From an uncultured delta proteobacterium (lineage in GTDB: Bacteria > Desulfobacterota > Desulfomonilia > Desulfomonilales > Desulfomonilaceae): DNA of 64,000 bases. The position numbers and the translations under genes were made by a program. The DNA lies in the NCBI GenBank assembly GCA_963789265.1, contig CAWBKB010000001.1, positions 2,368,001-2,432,000 on the forward strand. Reading direction: 5' to 3'. Positions 1 to 8,188 of this stretch are shown here, in pieces; position 1 is the first letter of the stretch, and each line of letters starts with the position of its first letter. The notes beneath the pieces were generated by a model that saw only the letters and a list, made by a program, of their open reading frames with translations, was not told the origin of the DNA and searched no databases.

Positions 1-476
1 TGGGCACTGCCTACGAACTTTTTCCCGCGGCACACGATTTCTCCAGCAGCAGGACGCATAAAGCACACCGCTGGAAGGGAAGACTTACTTTTTCCTATGT
101 ATGCGTCTGCCTCAATTCCCAAGGACCGTAAACCGATCACCAGTCCTTTGCTGATAAGTTGGTACGCACCGTCGGCAGAGAAAGGGATGCCGTCATGCAC
201 GCCGCCGATTACTGCGTAGGTCAAGTCACCCAGATGCAAAACGGCGCGGCCCCCGGTAGGCCGGTGGACCACATCCAGGCCCCAGCGCCGACATGCAATA
301 GGGTCAGGACCTCTTCTCCTTTGAAAATAACCAAGCGAAACCGCCGGCGGATTCCATTGGTACAGGCGTAATGTCGGTGGAGACTTCCCCTCAGCGTGGA
401 GCTTTAGGAGAGCCTGATCGACAGCCATGTTCATTGTTCCGGACGAGATGCCGGTAAGTAACCGCCAAGTTCTCAC
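1..476 (-). CDS. Lipoate-protein ligase / octanoyltransferase (LipM/LplA family), 3' end outside window
   Basis: Not in the ORF track; my translation from GTG at 476 (GTGA overlap with lipA stop): MRTWRLL..NMAVDQALL..PPTLRLYQWNPPAVSLGYFQ..RPTGGRAVLH..DLTYAV..KKFVGSA. Confidence 0.9.
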   Translation of the reverse strand, partial: MRTWRLLTGISSGTMNMAVDQALLKLHAEGKSPPTLRLYQWNPPAVSLGYFQRRRGPDPIACRRWGLDVVHRPTGGRAVLHLGDLTYAVIGGVHDGIPFSADGAYQLISKGLVIGLRSLGIEADAYIGKSKSSLPAVCFMRPAAGEIVCRGKKFVGSA

Positions 477-1351
477 GACAACTCCTTGAAAAACGTCGAA
501 GCATCATAGGAACTGCGCACCAGTGGACCCGAGGCTACGCTCCGAAATCCCAGATCTAATGCGAATCGCCGCCAGGTGGCGAACTCTTCGAGTTCAACAT
601 AACGGGCTACAGGAGCGTGCTTAAGGGAAGGAGCAAGGTACTGGCCTAATGTTAGCATGCTGCAGCCCGCTTCTCTCAAAGCCCGTAAAACATTCTCCAC
701 CTCGGAGGGTTGCTCCCCCAAACCCAGCATGAGGCCGGACTTGGTTACCATGTCTGGATCTATGTCTTTGATGTTCTTGAGAATCTCCAGGGACCGTTCG
801 TATTTCGCCCTTGGTTTTATCTTCCTGTGAAGTCGCGGCACCGTATCAAGGTTATGAGCCAAGATATTCGGCCCCTCCTGCACTACCTCAACCAATGCTT
901 CGTGTGATCCTCCGAAGTCCGGTATGAGCAGCTCAATCGTTGTCCCTGGTGAGTGCCGGCGCAATGCTTTGACTGTTTGAGCGTAATGACTGGCGCCCCC
1001 GTCGGGCAAATCGTCTCTCGTTACGGAAGTAATTACCGCGTGACTGATGCCCATTTCAGCGACTGCTAGGGCCAACCATTTCGGCTCATCCTTCTCGGGA
1101 GGTGTCGGGGACTTGCCGTGTTTGACAGCACAGAATGCACAGCCCCTGGTACACACATCCCCCAAAATCATGAAAGTGGCTGTATGGTTGGAAAAGCACA
1201 CCCCCCGATTGGGGCATTGTGCTTCCTGACACACGGTGGGCAATCCGAACTTGGCCAGGAGCTGCGCGGTCTCTTGGACCCTTTTCTCGCCCAAGCCCCG
1301 CTTGGCCTGTGTTACTTGCCGGATCAACCACGTAGGGGCGCCTTGCTTCAT
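473..1351 (-). CDS. lipA: Lipoyl synthase (radical SAM)
   Basis: CQEAQCPNRGVC auxiliary-cluster motif, CTRGCAFC radical SAM motif, C-terminal PLVRSSY. Confidence 0.97.
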   Translation of the reverse strand: MKQGAPTWLIRQVTQAKRGLGEKRVQETAQLLAKFGLPTVCQEAQCPNRGVCFSNHTATFMILGDVCTRGCAFCAVKHGKSPTPPEKDEPKWLALAVAEMGISHAVITSVTRDDLPDGGASHYAQTVKALRRHSPGTTIELLIPDFGGSHEALVEVVQEGPNILAHNLDTVPRLHRKIKPRAKYERSLEILKNIKDIDPDMVTKSGLMLGLGEQPSEVENVLRALREAGCSMLTLGQYLAPSLKHAPVARYVELEEFATWRRFALDLGFRSVASGPLVRSSYDASTFFKELS

Positions 1352-2742
1352 TGTCTCACCTCTTCGGGCGGGATGTGGATAGCCTGGCAGTGCAACGCTT
1401 GGGCTGTTTCCAGCACGGCTTCAGATAGAGTAGGATGCGTATGGATTGTGTCCATGATGGCCTTGCTCGGCAAATTCCCTCGCATGGCCACGGCAATCTC
1501 GGCTACCAAATCGGCAGCATGGGCTCCGATGACGTGACATCCCAATATCTCGTCAGTTCGGGAGTCAACAATAATCTTGACCAACCCTTCCAGTTCTCCT
1601 ATGGCCTGAGCCATCCCCAGGGACTTGAAAGGGAACCGAGCAACTTTGATGGGGTGATGCGATGCCGCCTCCTCTTCCGACAGGCCTACCGCTGCATATT
1701 CGGGCAGGCTGAAAACACACCGAGGAATTACACGATAATCCATTTTGCTCGCTCGGCCCAAGGCGTGTTCTGCTGCGCAGATGCCTTCCGCGAAGGCGAC
1801 GTGGGCCAAAAGCCAGCCCCCGATTACGTCTCCGGCAGCGTAGAGGCCCGGAATATTGGTTTTGAGATGCTCGTCCACCACAATTCTGCCCTTATCCATC
1901 TCCACGCCCAATTCATGCACGCCGATTCGATCTGGATTGAATCTTCTGCCTACCGCCTGGATAATGGTGTCGGGGGTCAATTCCGAGCCGTCTGAGAGTC
2001 TTACGACGAAGCCCTCGTCGGTCACATCCACTGAAACCACTTGTATCCCGCAGAAAACCTTGACTTTGCGCCGCTGCAGGATGCCTTGGAGATATGTTGA
2101 TATTTCGGAATCTTCGACCGGTAAGAGTCTCTCCATAGCTTCAATTATAGTTACCTGACAATTTAGCTCGCGGAAGATTGCCGCCATTTCCACCCCTACC
2201 GCTCCGCCCCCGACGACCATCAGGTGCTTGGGTAGATAGGTGATGTCCAGCACCTCGTCGGCTAAGAAAACCCGCGGATCGGATGGAATTACAGACAGGC
2301 CCGCTGGACTGGAACCACTTGCGATAACTATTTTCGCTGCTTCCACGGAGTGGACCTCCCCATTCTTTTCCACCTCGATCCGGTTCGGAGAAATCAGCCT
2401 CCCTTGGCCTTCTACCAGAGCAATGCGGTTGGCCTGAAACAAACGTTCGATGCTGCTCCGCAATCCTGCCACGATCCGTGCTTTGCGGGAAATTATTGCT
2501 CTGATATCCGGGGTGGGGCTAAGTTGATGGAATCCATATTCGCGGGCCCGACGAACAGACCTGGCTACCTCAGCAGAGGCTCGCACCGCTTTGGTCGGAA
2601 TGCAACCCCAGTTCAGGCAAACGCCTCCCACGAACTTGGCTTCAACCACTGCAACCCTAGCGCCCAGTTGAGCTGCTCGGATTGCGCCTTCATAGCCGGC
2701 CGGTCCTCCTCCGAGAAACGCTATGTCAAACTTTTCTCCCAT
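1348..2742 (-). CDS. lpdA: Dihydrolipoyl dehydrogenase
   Basis: GGGPAG FAD motif, GGVCLNWGCIPTK disulfide, GGGAVG NAD motif, HTHPTLSE; likely start is ATG at 2742 (MGEKFD). Confidence 0.95.
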   Translation of the reverse strand: MGEKFDIAFLGGGPAGYEGAIRAAQLGARVAVVEAKFVGGVCLNWGCIPTKAVRASAEVARSVRRAREYGFHQLSPTPDIRAIISRKARIVAGLRSSIERLFQANRIALVEGQGRLISPNRIEVEKNGEVHSVEAAKIVIASGSSPAGLSVIPSDPRVFLADEVLDITYLPKHLMVVGGGAVGVEMAAIFRELNCQVTIIEAMERLLPVEDSEISTYLQGILQRRKVKVFCGIQVVSVDVTDEGFVVRLSDGSELTPDTIIQAVGRRFNPDRIGVHELGVEMDKGRIVVDEHLKTNIPGLYAAGDVIGGWLLAHVAFAEGICAAEHALGRASKMDYRVIPRCVFSLPEYAAVGLSEEEAASHHPIKVARFPFKSLGMAQAIGELEGLVKIIVDSRTDEILGCHVIGAHAADLVAEIAVAMRGNLPSKAIMDTIHTHPTLSEAVLETAQALHCQAIHIPPEEVRQ

Positions 2743-2752
2743 GGGGTACTTC

Positions 2753-3184
2753 TTACTCGACGACAATGGTCGGTTGGACGACCAGTTCTGACTTGAGGGA
2801 CTGGTTAATGGTCGAGTATTTGAGAGCCATATCCAAGGCACGCTTCACTACCTCTACTACTCCCGGCTTCTTGCTCCGGACGACCAGTTTGGGGCGCAAT
2901 GTTATTCTCTTAAAATCCGAAGTCTGGTCTATAAACTCCTCGACTTCGCCCACAGCCTCACATTCGAGGGAAATCAAATCGATCTTGAAGCGCTCCATGG
3001 CCCAAACCACCATCTCGTGGTAGCAGGTATTGCTCGCTGCCATAAAAGCATCTTCCGGGGTGAGTATGTTGGGCAAGCCGTACAGAGCAGGGGGCGCAGA
3101 AAACTCCATCTCTACACCATTCCCGCACCACGTGTATCCCTTATGTTCGCCGCGCCATTCTACGCGATTGGTATAGGTAGGCAT
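2753..3184 (-). CDS. OsmC/Ohr-like protein (single Cys)
   Basis: YxxxVxW start, FSAPPxLxG..TPEDAFMAASNTCY, ITLRPKL; the usual second Cys position reads KYSTINQSL. Confidence 0.85.
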   Translation of the reverse strand: MPTYTNRVEWRGEHKGYTWCGNGVEMEFSAPPALYGLPNILTPEDAFMAASNTCYHEMVVWAMERFKIDLISLECEAVGEVEEFIDQTSDFKRITLRPKLVVRSKKPGVVEVVKRALDMALKYSTINQSLKSELVVQPTIVVE

Positions 3185-3301
3185 TTATCTTCATCTCCGT
3201 TCTAAGTCGTTTGAATTCTCTTATTCTTGTGTTTCAAGATTTCTTTACCGTAAATCCAGGGACCTTCGTGAGAAACTCTGTGTCCATAGGCTTCTCTTGC
3301 C

Positions 3302-3460
3302 TCAGAACAACCACTTCGCTGCGAGGCTCGCCAGCACAATAGCCGCGGCAGCGAAAAGGATATAAGGAGCCCCCTTGATTTCCTCGGTCGCATGCTCATC
3401 GGTATGCCTCGAAGTACATCCTGAGCAGTCGTTACACGACGGTCCAGGTTCGTTGTTCAT
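3302..3460 (-). CDS. Small Cys-rich membrane protein (52 aa), absent from the ORF track
   Basis: GGAGA RBS before ATG 3460; MNNEPGPSCNDCSGCTSRHTDEHATEEIKGAPYILFAAAAIVLASLAAKWLF; CxxCxxC plus C-terminal hydrophobic helix; co-oriented inside the operon. Confidence 0.7.
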   Translation of the reverse strand: MNNEPGPSCNDCSGCTSRHTDEHATEEIKGAPYILFAAAAIVLASLAAKWLF

Positions 3461-3621
3461 GTGAATCTCCTGAAAATTCTAATTCGCCTGTCCCTTCATG
3501 CCTTACTTATATTCGGTATTTCGAGCAGGCAACTGAAACATCAGTGTCGAAGGCTCATTTGATTGCCATGCCATCAGTGTCAGGCCACAGAGTTCGCAAA
3601 GACGAACACAACCTCACCTTA

Positions 3622-4026
3622 TTATTGCAAGACCTCATCCACAGCTTTGGCGATTTCCTCGGCCACGGCTTGTACAGCGGCATTTTCCTGAGAGCCGGGA
3701 TGGCGTCGGTTTGAGAGGCCGTCAATTCCGTGCTTCTCCAGGATATCGGGGATGAGCAGGGACCTGTTAGGTTTTCCCGAAAGCCTTTCAGTGGATTTAG
3801 CCGCACACAGTTTCTCGCAACCATCCACTGTGATTGTTGGGAATTTGCTCGCAAACTGCCGTTCGTCTTTTCCTCCTGCGATAAACAACGGGAGGCAGAT
3901 AGTCACGGTGAGGCCGGGCCTCAGTTCATCCAGGACTTTGCGGCAGGCGATTCGAGATACTGTTCCACCAGGTAACTCCTCGCCACTGCATGATACGATC
4001 CCTACTTTGAGCACCTTGATTTCCAT
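3622..4026 (-). CDS. DGC-domain putative zinc-binding protein
   Basis: SCSG..TICL..TVDGCEKLCA motif set. Confidence 0.85.
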   Translation of the reverse strand: MEIKVLKVGIVSCSGEELPGGTVSRIACRKVLDELRPGLTVTICLPLFIAGGKDERQFASKFPTITVDGCEKLCAAKSTERLSGKPNRSLLIPDILEKHGIDGLSNRRHPGSQENAAVQAVAEEIAKAVDEVLQ

Positions 4027-4439
4027 CACTCATTCCTCTCTGCCGCAAGTCTGTCCACTTCCTCTGCTATCTCCTGAGCAGCCAGCGCTGCAAGCTGTTG
4101 ACCCGCGTCGTTTAACTCAACGATTCCCTCCGGTTTGAGATCCTTGTGATTTTTGTAGAAGTCAATCGCCCTGTGGGCCTTGGAGACTGTCACCCCAAGG
4201 GATTCCACATTCTTTCGAGCACAATCGAACGGGCACCCATCAAGGGTGATTACCGGGTTCTCTGTTACAAGTTTCTTGGCATCCGGATCTTCGATCATTA
4301 AGAGAGGGAGGCAAGTGGTTACAGCCACCCGGGGCCGCAGACTTTCGACGAGTTCGTACGCCGCCTCCCTGCCGACAGAACCGTATACCTTTCCGATCCC
4401 GCTGCAAGGCAGGACCACAACTTGCTTCTTGTTTGTCAT
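4026..4439 (-). CDS. DGC-domain putative zinc-binding protein
   Basis: PCSG..TTCL..TLDGCPFDCA motif set; start and stop overlap the neighbouring genes. Confidence 0.85.
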   Translation of the reverse strand: MTNKKQVVVLPCSGIGKVYGSVGREAAYELVESLRPRVAVTTCLPLLMIEDPDAKKLVTENPVITLDGCPFDCARKNVESLGVTVSKAHRAIDFYKNHKDLKPEGIVELNDAGQQLAALAAQEIAEEVDRLAAERNE

Positions 4440-4888
4440 GTCTTTTTCTTCATCTCCTCTTGGATTTTTTCCTTCATGAGCTCGAGGTACCCATTCCCGT
4501 CCAGAAGTTGACCGCGGTCTTTTTCCAGGCCGGTCAATTCAATCTTGTATATCCAACCTTCACCGTACGGGTCCTGATTGATTAGATATGGACTGGCCTC
4601 CATTTCGGGGTTTACCTCGACTATCTTGCCTGTTACCGGCGAGATCATGCCGAAAGTGGCTTTAATCGTCTCGATCTTTCCGAGTTCCTGCCCCTGTTTC
4701 ACCTCTGCGCCGGGCTCTATCGTCTCCAGAAAAGCCACATCGCCTTTACTCTTCTGCAGGAAATCGGATAGCCCTACTGTGGCCACGTTGCCGTCCACGG
4801 CGGCCCAAAAGTCATCCCCGTTGTACAGGTAACCCACCTTTACCGTGAAGACAAACTTGTCGTATGTCGTTTCCAAAAATTCTTGCAC
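4436..4888 (-). CDS. gcvH: Glycine cleavage H-like lipoyl carrier protein
   Basis: ATVGLSDF..GDVAF..IETIKAT (lipoyl Lys)..SPVTG..INQDPYGEGWIYKI. Confidence 0.9.
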   Translation of the reverse strand: MQEFLETTYDKFVFTVKVGYLYNGDDFWAAVDGNVATVGLSDFLQKSKGDVAFLETIEPGAEVKQGQELGKIETIKATFGMISPVTGKIVEVNPEMEASPYLINQDPYGEGWIYKIELTGLEKDRGQLLDGNGYLELMKEKIQEEMKKKT

Positions 4889-4903
4889 GTTTCTCTCCTT
4901 TCG

Positions 4904-5245
4904 TTACGCTAAAATATTGCCGACTTCCTCCACGATCTTGTTGACAGCGATATACCCTGCATACTTCGGCTCACCGTCAACGAGGACCAAAGGAGGAGGA
5001 TACTTGCCGGTCACCAAGAGTTGCCCTGATTCGCTGGCTTTCTCTTCAGGCGATTGGCTCAGATCGATGTATTCCACGCTGGTCTTACCTGGATAGGTTG
5101 CTTCCAGGTCGTCCTGTAACTCCTTTACCTTTTGCTGGAGCATCTTCACGTACTCAGGATTAGCTCCGGGGCTGCCACAAGTCGCGCAGCCGCCACCGCC
5201 GGCCATATTGAGAATTTTCACCGTTACGAGATGTTTGCCTTCCAT
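4904..5245 (-). CDS. Hypothetical CxxC protein, probable thioredoxin-like fold
   Basis: GGGCATCG, VEYIDL, YPPPLVLVDGEPKYAG resembles a Trx/Grx-like C-terminus; GAGGAG RBS. Confidence 0.65.
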   Translation of the reverse strand: MEGKHLVTVKILNMAGGGGCATCGSPGANPEYVKMLQQKVKELQDDLEATYPGKTSVEYIDLSQSPEEKASESGQLLVTGKYPPPLVLVDGEPKYAGYIAVNKIVEEVGNILA

Positions 5246-5457
5246 GGGCGTGCTCTCCTCTGCAAATAGCTTTTTCTTTCACGTTTGCCGTCTCTAAAGG
5301 CAAGTGATTTCCACTCCTCTTACGGTGGGATGACCAGCCCGCATTCTTTCAGAACTCCAGTGAACGATCTGAAGGGAATCGTGGCCAGTTCATCGAAAGC
5401 TTGCGCTACAACAAATGACAATTTCTTATTCAGATATCAGCTTTCGTTCCTGAGACT

Positions 5458-5476
5458 ATTTCGTATTTGTCGAAAT
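5458..5476. promoter_or_regulatory. Possible ArsR/SmtB-type operator (ATTTCG-N7-CGAAAT)
   Basis: Inverted repeat in the AT-rich gap between arsR and the first structural gene. Confidence 0.35.
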
Positions 5477-5551
5477 CCTCAAATACTAAATGCCAAAATT
5501 TAACCTCTGTGCCTCTCTCTTTGCTCCCCGGTCATCGGCTCCCCACGAGGA

Positions 5552-5881
5552 TCATGCCACAAGCACCGAACGCTGATCTTCAAGCCTTTTGATTACAACG
5601 TCTTCCACGCATCGTGCAAAATCAATGGCGCAAGGCATGGTAAGTCTGTACATGATCTTGAGCCCGTCCCGCCGATCCGCGACGAGACCGGCCTTTTTCA
5701 AGATAGAAAGATGCTTGGAAACATTAGAGATCTCAGTTCCTACATGGGCCACTATATCGCAGACGCACATTTCCCTTGTTTCAAGGAACTCGACAATTCC
5801 CAGGCGAATAGGGTGCCCCAATGCCTTGAAAACCTCGGCTTTTAAGCGGAGCCTTTCGTTTTCTCTTTCATTCACTCCCAT
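5552..5881 (-). CDS. ArsR/SmtB family transcriptional regulator
   Basis: AEVFKALGHPIRL..EMCVCDIV..VSKHLSILKKAGLV..RRDG..YRL; start ATG 5881 after GGAGA. Confidence 0.92.
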   Translation of the reverse strand: MGVNERENERLRLKAEVFKALGHPIRLGIVEFLETREMCVCDIVAHVGTEISNVSKHLSILKKAGLVADRRDGLKIMYRLTMPCAIDFARCVEDVVIKRLEDQRSVLVA

Positions 5882-5911
5882 GTTGATCTCTCCATTCCGC
5901 CAATTGGTTAA

Positions 5912-5940
5912 ATAGTAAATGATGAATCTTCTCTCGTCAA
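5912..5940 (-). promoter_or_regulatory. sigma70 promoter of arsR
   Basis: TTGACG-17 nt-TACTAT on the minus strand, 30 nt upstream of the start. Confidence 0.65.
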
Positions 5941-6427
5941 GAGTTCTTTTCAGGTCCGCGATAACATTCTTGCTTACGCATGGAATCGTTGGCCTTTTAT
6001 CATTCCGAGAGGCGAAATCCAATGTCCTGCGAAAAGCAATCCAAATCGTGCCTAGAAGAAAAGATCGCTTTCCGCGGGACGTTGGGTCGATTCCAAGCTG
6101 CGGCCGGAAGCAACTGTCGCAAAACGATTTTGAGCGCGGAATCGTCCGATCTCGGTACACGCGCTGAAGCCGCCGGGTTGCTTTCAGTCGCCCCTGTGGG
6201 GCTCAAACACAGATCGTTCCCGGAGGAACATTCGATAGTAGCCGGTCCCGCGCGGAACGCGGGCTCTCATTCCTCTCAATTTCTGTCGGCACACGGGGAA
6301 GCTACTGACCGAGATTGCAGAGATTTCGGCCCTGCGAGCTTTCCAGGCGATCACAGCAATGTTGACTGGGTACGTAAAATCCGGTAGTGACCTTAAGCCT
6401 TGATACGCGGAACTCGTACTGCGGGAC

Positions 6428-7057
6428 ATGAACTCTGTGAAGGAGAGTATCGGCTTGAAACTTCAGTACAAATTGGCAATTGCAGCAACGGGTCTGGCGG
6501 CCGCGGTGGTGGCATTCAGCTCCGGCACTAATCATAATTTGGTGGATACATTGACCCTTGCCGCGGGATCGGGCGATCTCTCCAGTGTCGGGGCTATTCT
6601 AGATCGAGGCGCCTCTGTTGACGGCTGTGACCGGGAAGGGAAAACGGCCCTGATGCGTGCTTCCCGAAACGGGCACAAGGAGATGATAAAATTCTTGCTG
6701 CAGAAAGGGACTCAGGTCAATGCAAGAGGCAAATACGGCAAAAGCGCCTTAATGCCGGCATCGGCAGCAGGTCACAACGAAGTGGTAAAACTGCTCTTGG
6801 ACGCCGGGGCCGAGATCAACGCAAGAGACCGGTACAGCCAAACCGCTTTAATGTGCGCGTCCCTCAGAGGCCATGTGCATGTTGTCGAAACCCTTCTGGC
6901 CAGGGGTGCGGATATGAACGTCAGGTCCAGAAAAGGCTTCACGGCAATGAGTCTCGCATCTGAACAGGGCCATGCAGAAGTGGTGGAGCTCTTGTTCAAG
7001 AAACAACCCGATCGGTATTTTTGTGATTTTCAGGTGGAACATGCCAGGTATCAGTAG
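6428..7057 (+). CDS. Ankyrin repeat protein with N-terminal signal/anchor
   Basis: Repeated TALMxAxxxGHxExVxxLLxxGAxxN units. Confidence 0.9.
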   Translation: MNSVKESIGLKLQYKLAIAATGLAAAVVAFSSGTNHNLVDTLTLAAGSGDLSSVGAILDRGASVDGCDREGKTALMRASRNGHKEMIKFLLQKGTQVNARGKYGKSALMPASAAGHNEVVKLLLDAGAEINARDRYSQTALMCASLRGHVHVVETLLARGADMNVRSRKGFTAMSLASEQGHAEVVELLFKKQPDRYFCDFQVEHARYQ

Positions 7058-7145
7058 AATCGGATGGAATGAAGGCCCGCACGGATGGTTATCCTCAATG
7101 CCGGGCCCGAAAAATTGCACTCCAGAGCAACCCGGGAGGTGACAT

Positions 7146-7589
7146 GTGAAATATCCTGTCCTTGCCGCCAGACTGTTCATCGGAGGTCTGTTCATCTATG
7201 CTAGTGTCTACAAGATAATCGATCCGGCGAGCTTCGCGGTTTCTATACGGAACTACATGATAATTCCGGCTGCTTGGAGCAATGTTGCTGCCCTGACGCT
7301 GCCCTGGATCGAAGTGCTTGTCGGGACATTCTTAATATTCGGGATACAAACAAGACCGTCTGCGTTGATCACGACAGGAATGCTTGCAGCTTTCCTCGGC
7401 GCTTTAGTATATGCATACCACATCGGGCTTGATATTGACTGCGGTTGCTTTTCATCGGCAGTCACTTCCGGCGGTCGGATAGGAATCACCCACATTGTGA
7501 GGGACGCAGCGCTGGTCCTGGTATCCTTCTTTATTTTGGTGTCAGACCGCGGCAACTTCAGTGTTTTGAGGCATCGGCGCTCGAGTTAG
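7146..7589 (+). CDS. MauE/DoxX family membrane protein
   Basis: RLFIGGLFIYAS..K..LPWIE..DIDCGCF..RD. Confidence 0.88.
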   Translation: MKYPVLAARLFIGGLFIYASVYKIIDPASFAVSIRNYMIIPAAWSNVAALTLPWIEVLVGTFLIFGIQTRPSALITTGMLAAFLGALVYAYHIGLDIDCGCFSSAVTSGGRIGITHIVRDAALVLVSFFILVSDRGNFSVLRHRRSS

Positions 7590-7820
7590 ACCGCACGAAC
7601 CTGGAGGTGGGAACCGCGGCCTATGAACACGCACATAATAATTGAGGTTTCATTGGGGGGCCCCGAAAGCGTTAATGGATGCCGGCGCACGGAAGACCTA
7701 TGGCCGGGTGGCCTTCTAATGGTAAGACAAACACCTTAGCCGTCAATTGTTGATGGCGGGCAAGATGCCCACCCTACTGACTCTAATCCCGGGGGACGTC
7801 CGTCCCGAAGGTCGTTTGTG

Positions 7821-8095
7821 ATACCGATTCGCCGTCGAGCAAGTAAGAATCCTAAAACAGGACGTGGGGGGGCGGTCCCGCCCAGGCAGGATCGCCTGTC
7901 CTGCGTTCCGCGCGATCACTCCAGACTCCGATCCGGGGTATGTAGGGGCGGACCCGCGTGTCCGCCCGAGGCAGACACATAGGTCTACCCCTACAATTGA
8001 TGCCCGCATACGCGGACATGACGATATGTAGGGGCGGGTTTCAAACCCGCCCCTACCGGAAACACAGTATCACCTGCTTGAAAGCGAATTCCTAT
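7821..8095 (+). mobile_element. MITE-like carrier element with nested REP modules
   Basis: Ends ATACCGATTCGC/GCGAATTCCTAT; subterminal blocks shared with 21776-21990, 36389-36762 and 57170-57307; inner GTAGGGGCG..CCCCTAC palindromes. Confidence 0.65.
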
Positions 8096-8124
8096 AAAAA
8101 TCCCTCCGGCGATAGGCCGGCAAT

Positions 8125-8158
8125 AAAAAAGGACGACTCGCGCCATGGCGAATCGTCC
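8125..8158 (-). terminator. Rho-independent terminator of the dsr operon
   Basis: GGACGATTCG-loop-CGAGTCGTCC followed by T6 on the minus strand, just after dsrP. Confidence 0.8.
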
Positions 8159-8188
8159 CTTGTGATGCAAAATTGATGAGTTCTGCGC

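Noticed and set aside
4436..4888. Complete glycine cleavage system
   Set aside because: No gcvT or gcvP in the window, so the gcvH symbol denotes the family only
2753..5550. Selenocysteine recoding in the OsmC, DGC or CxxC genes or in the 5250-5550 gap
   Set aside because: The ORFs are complete with Cys codons; TGA-containing frames in the gap lack a start, RBS or recognisable product
7740..8100. CRISPR array or short ORFs in the repeat-rich gaps (also 21800, 28500, 32250, 34930, 38500)
   Set aside because: Repeats are palindromic, irregularly spaced and lack unique equal-length spacers or cas genes; the ORFs are translations of REPs (VGA..P..APT)
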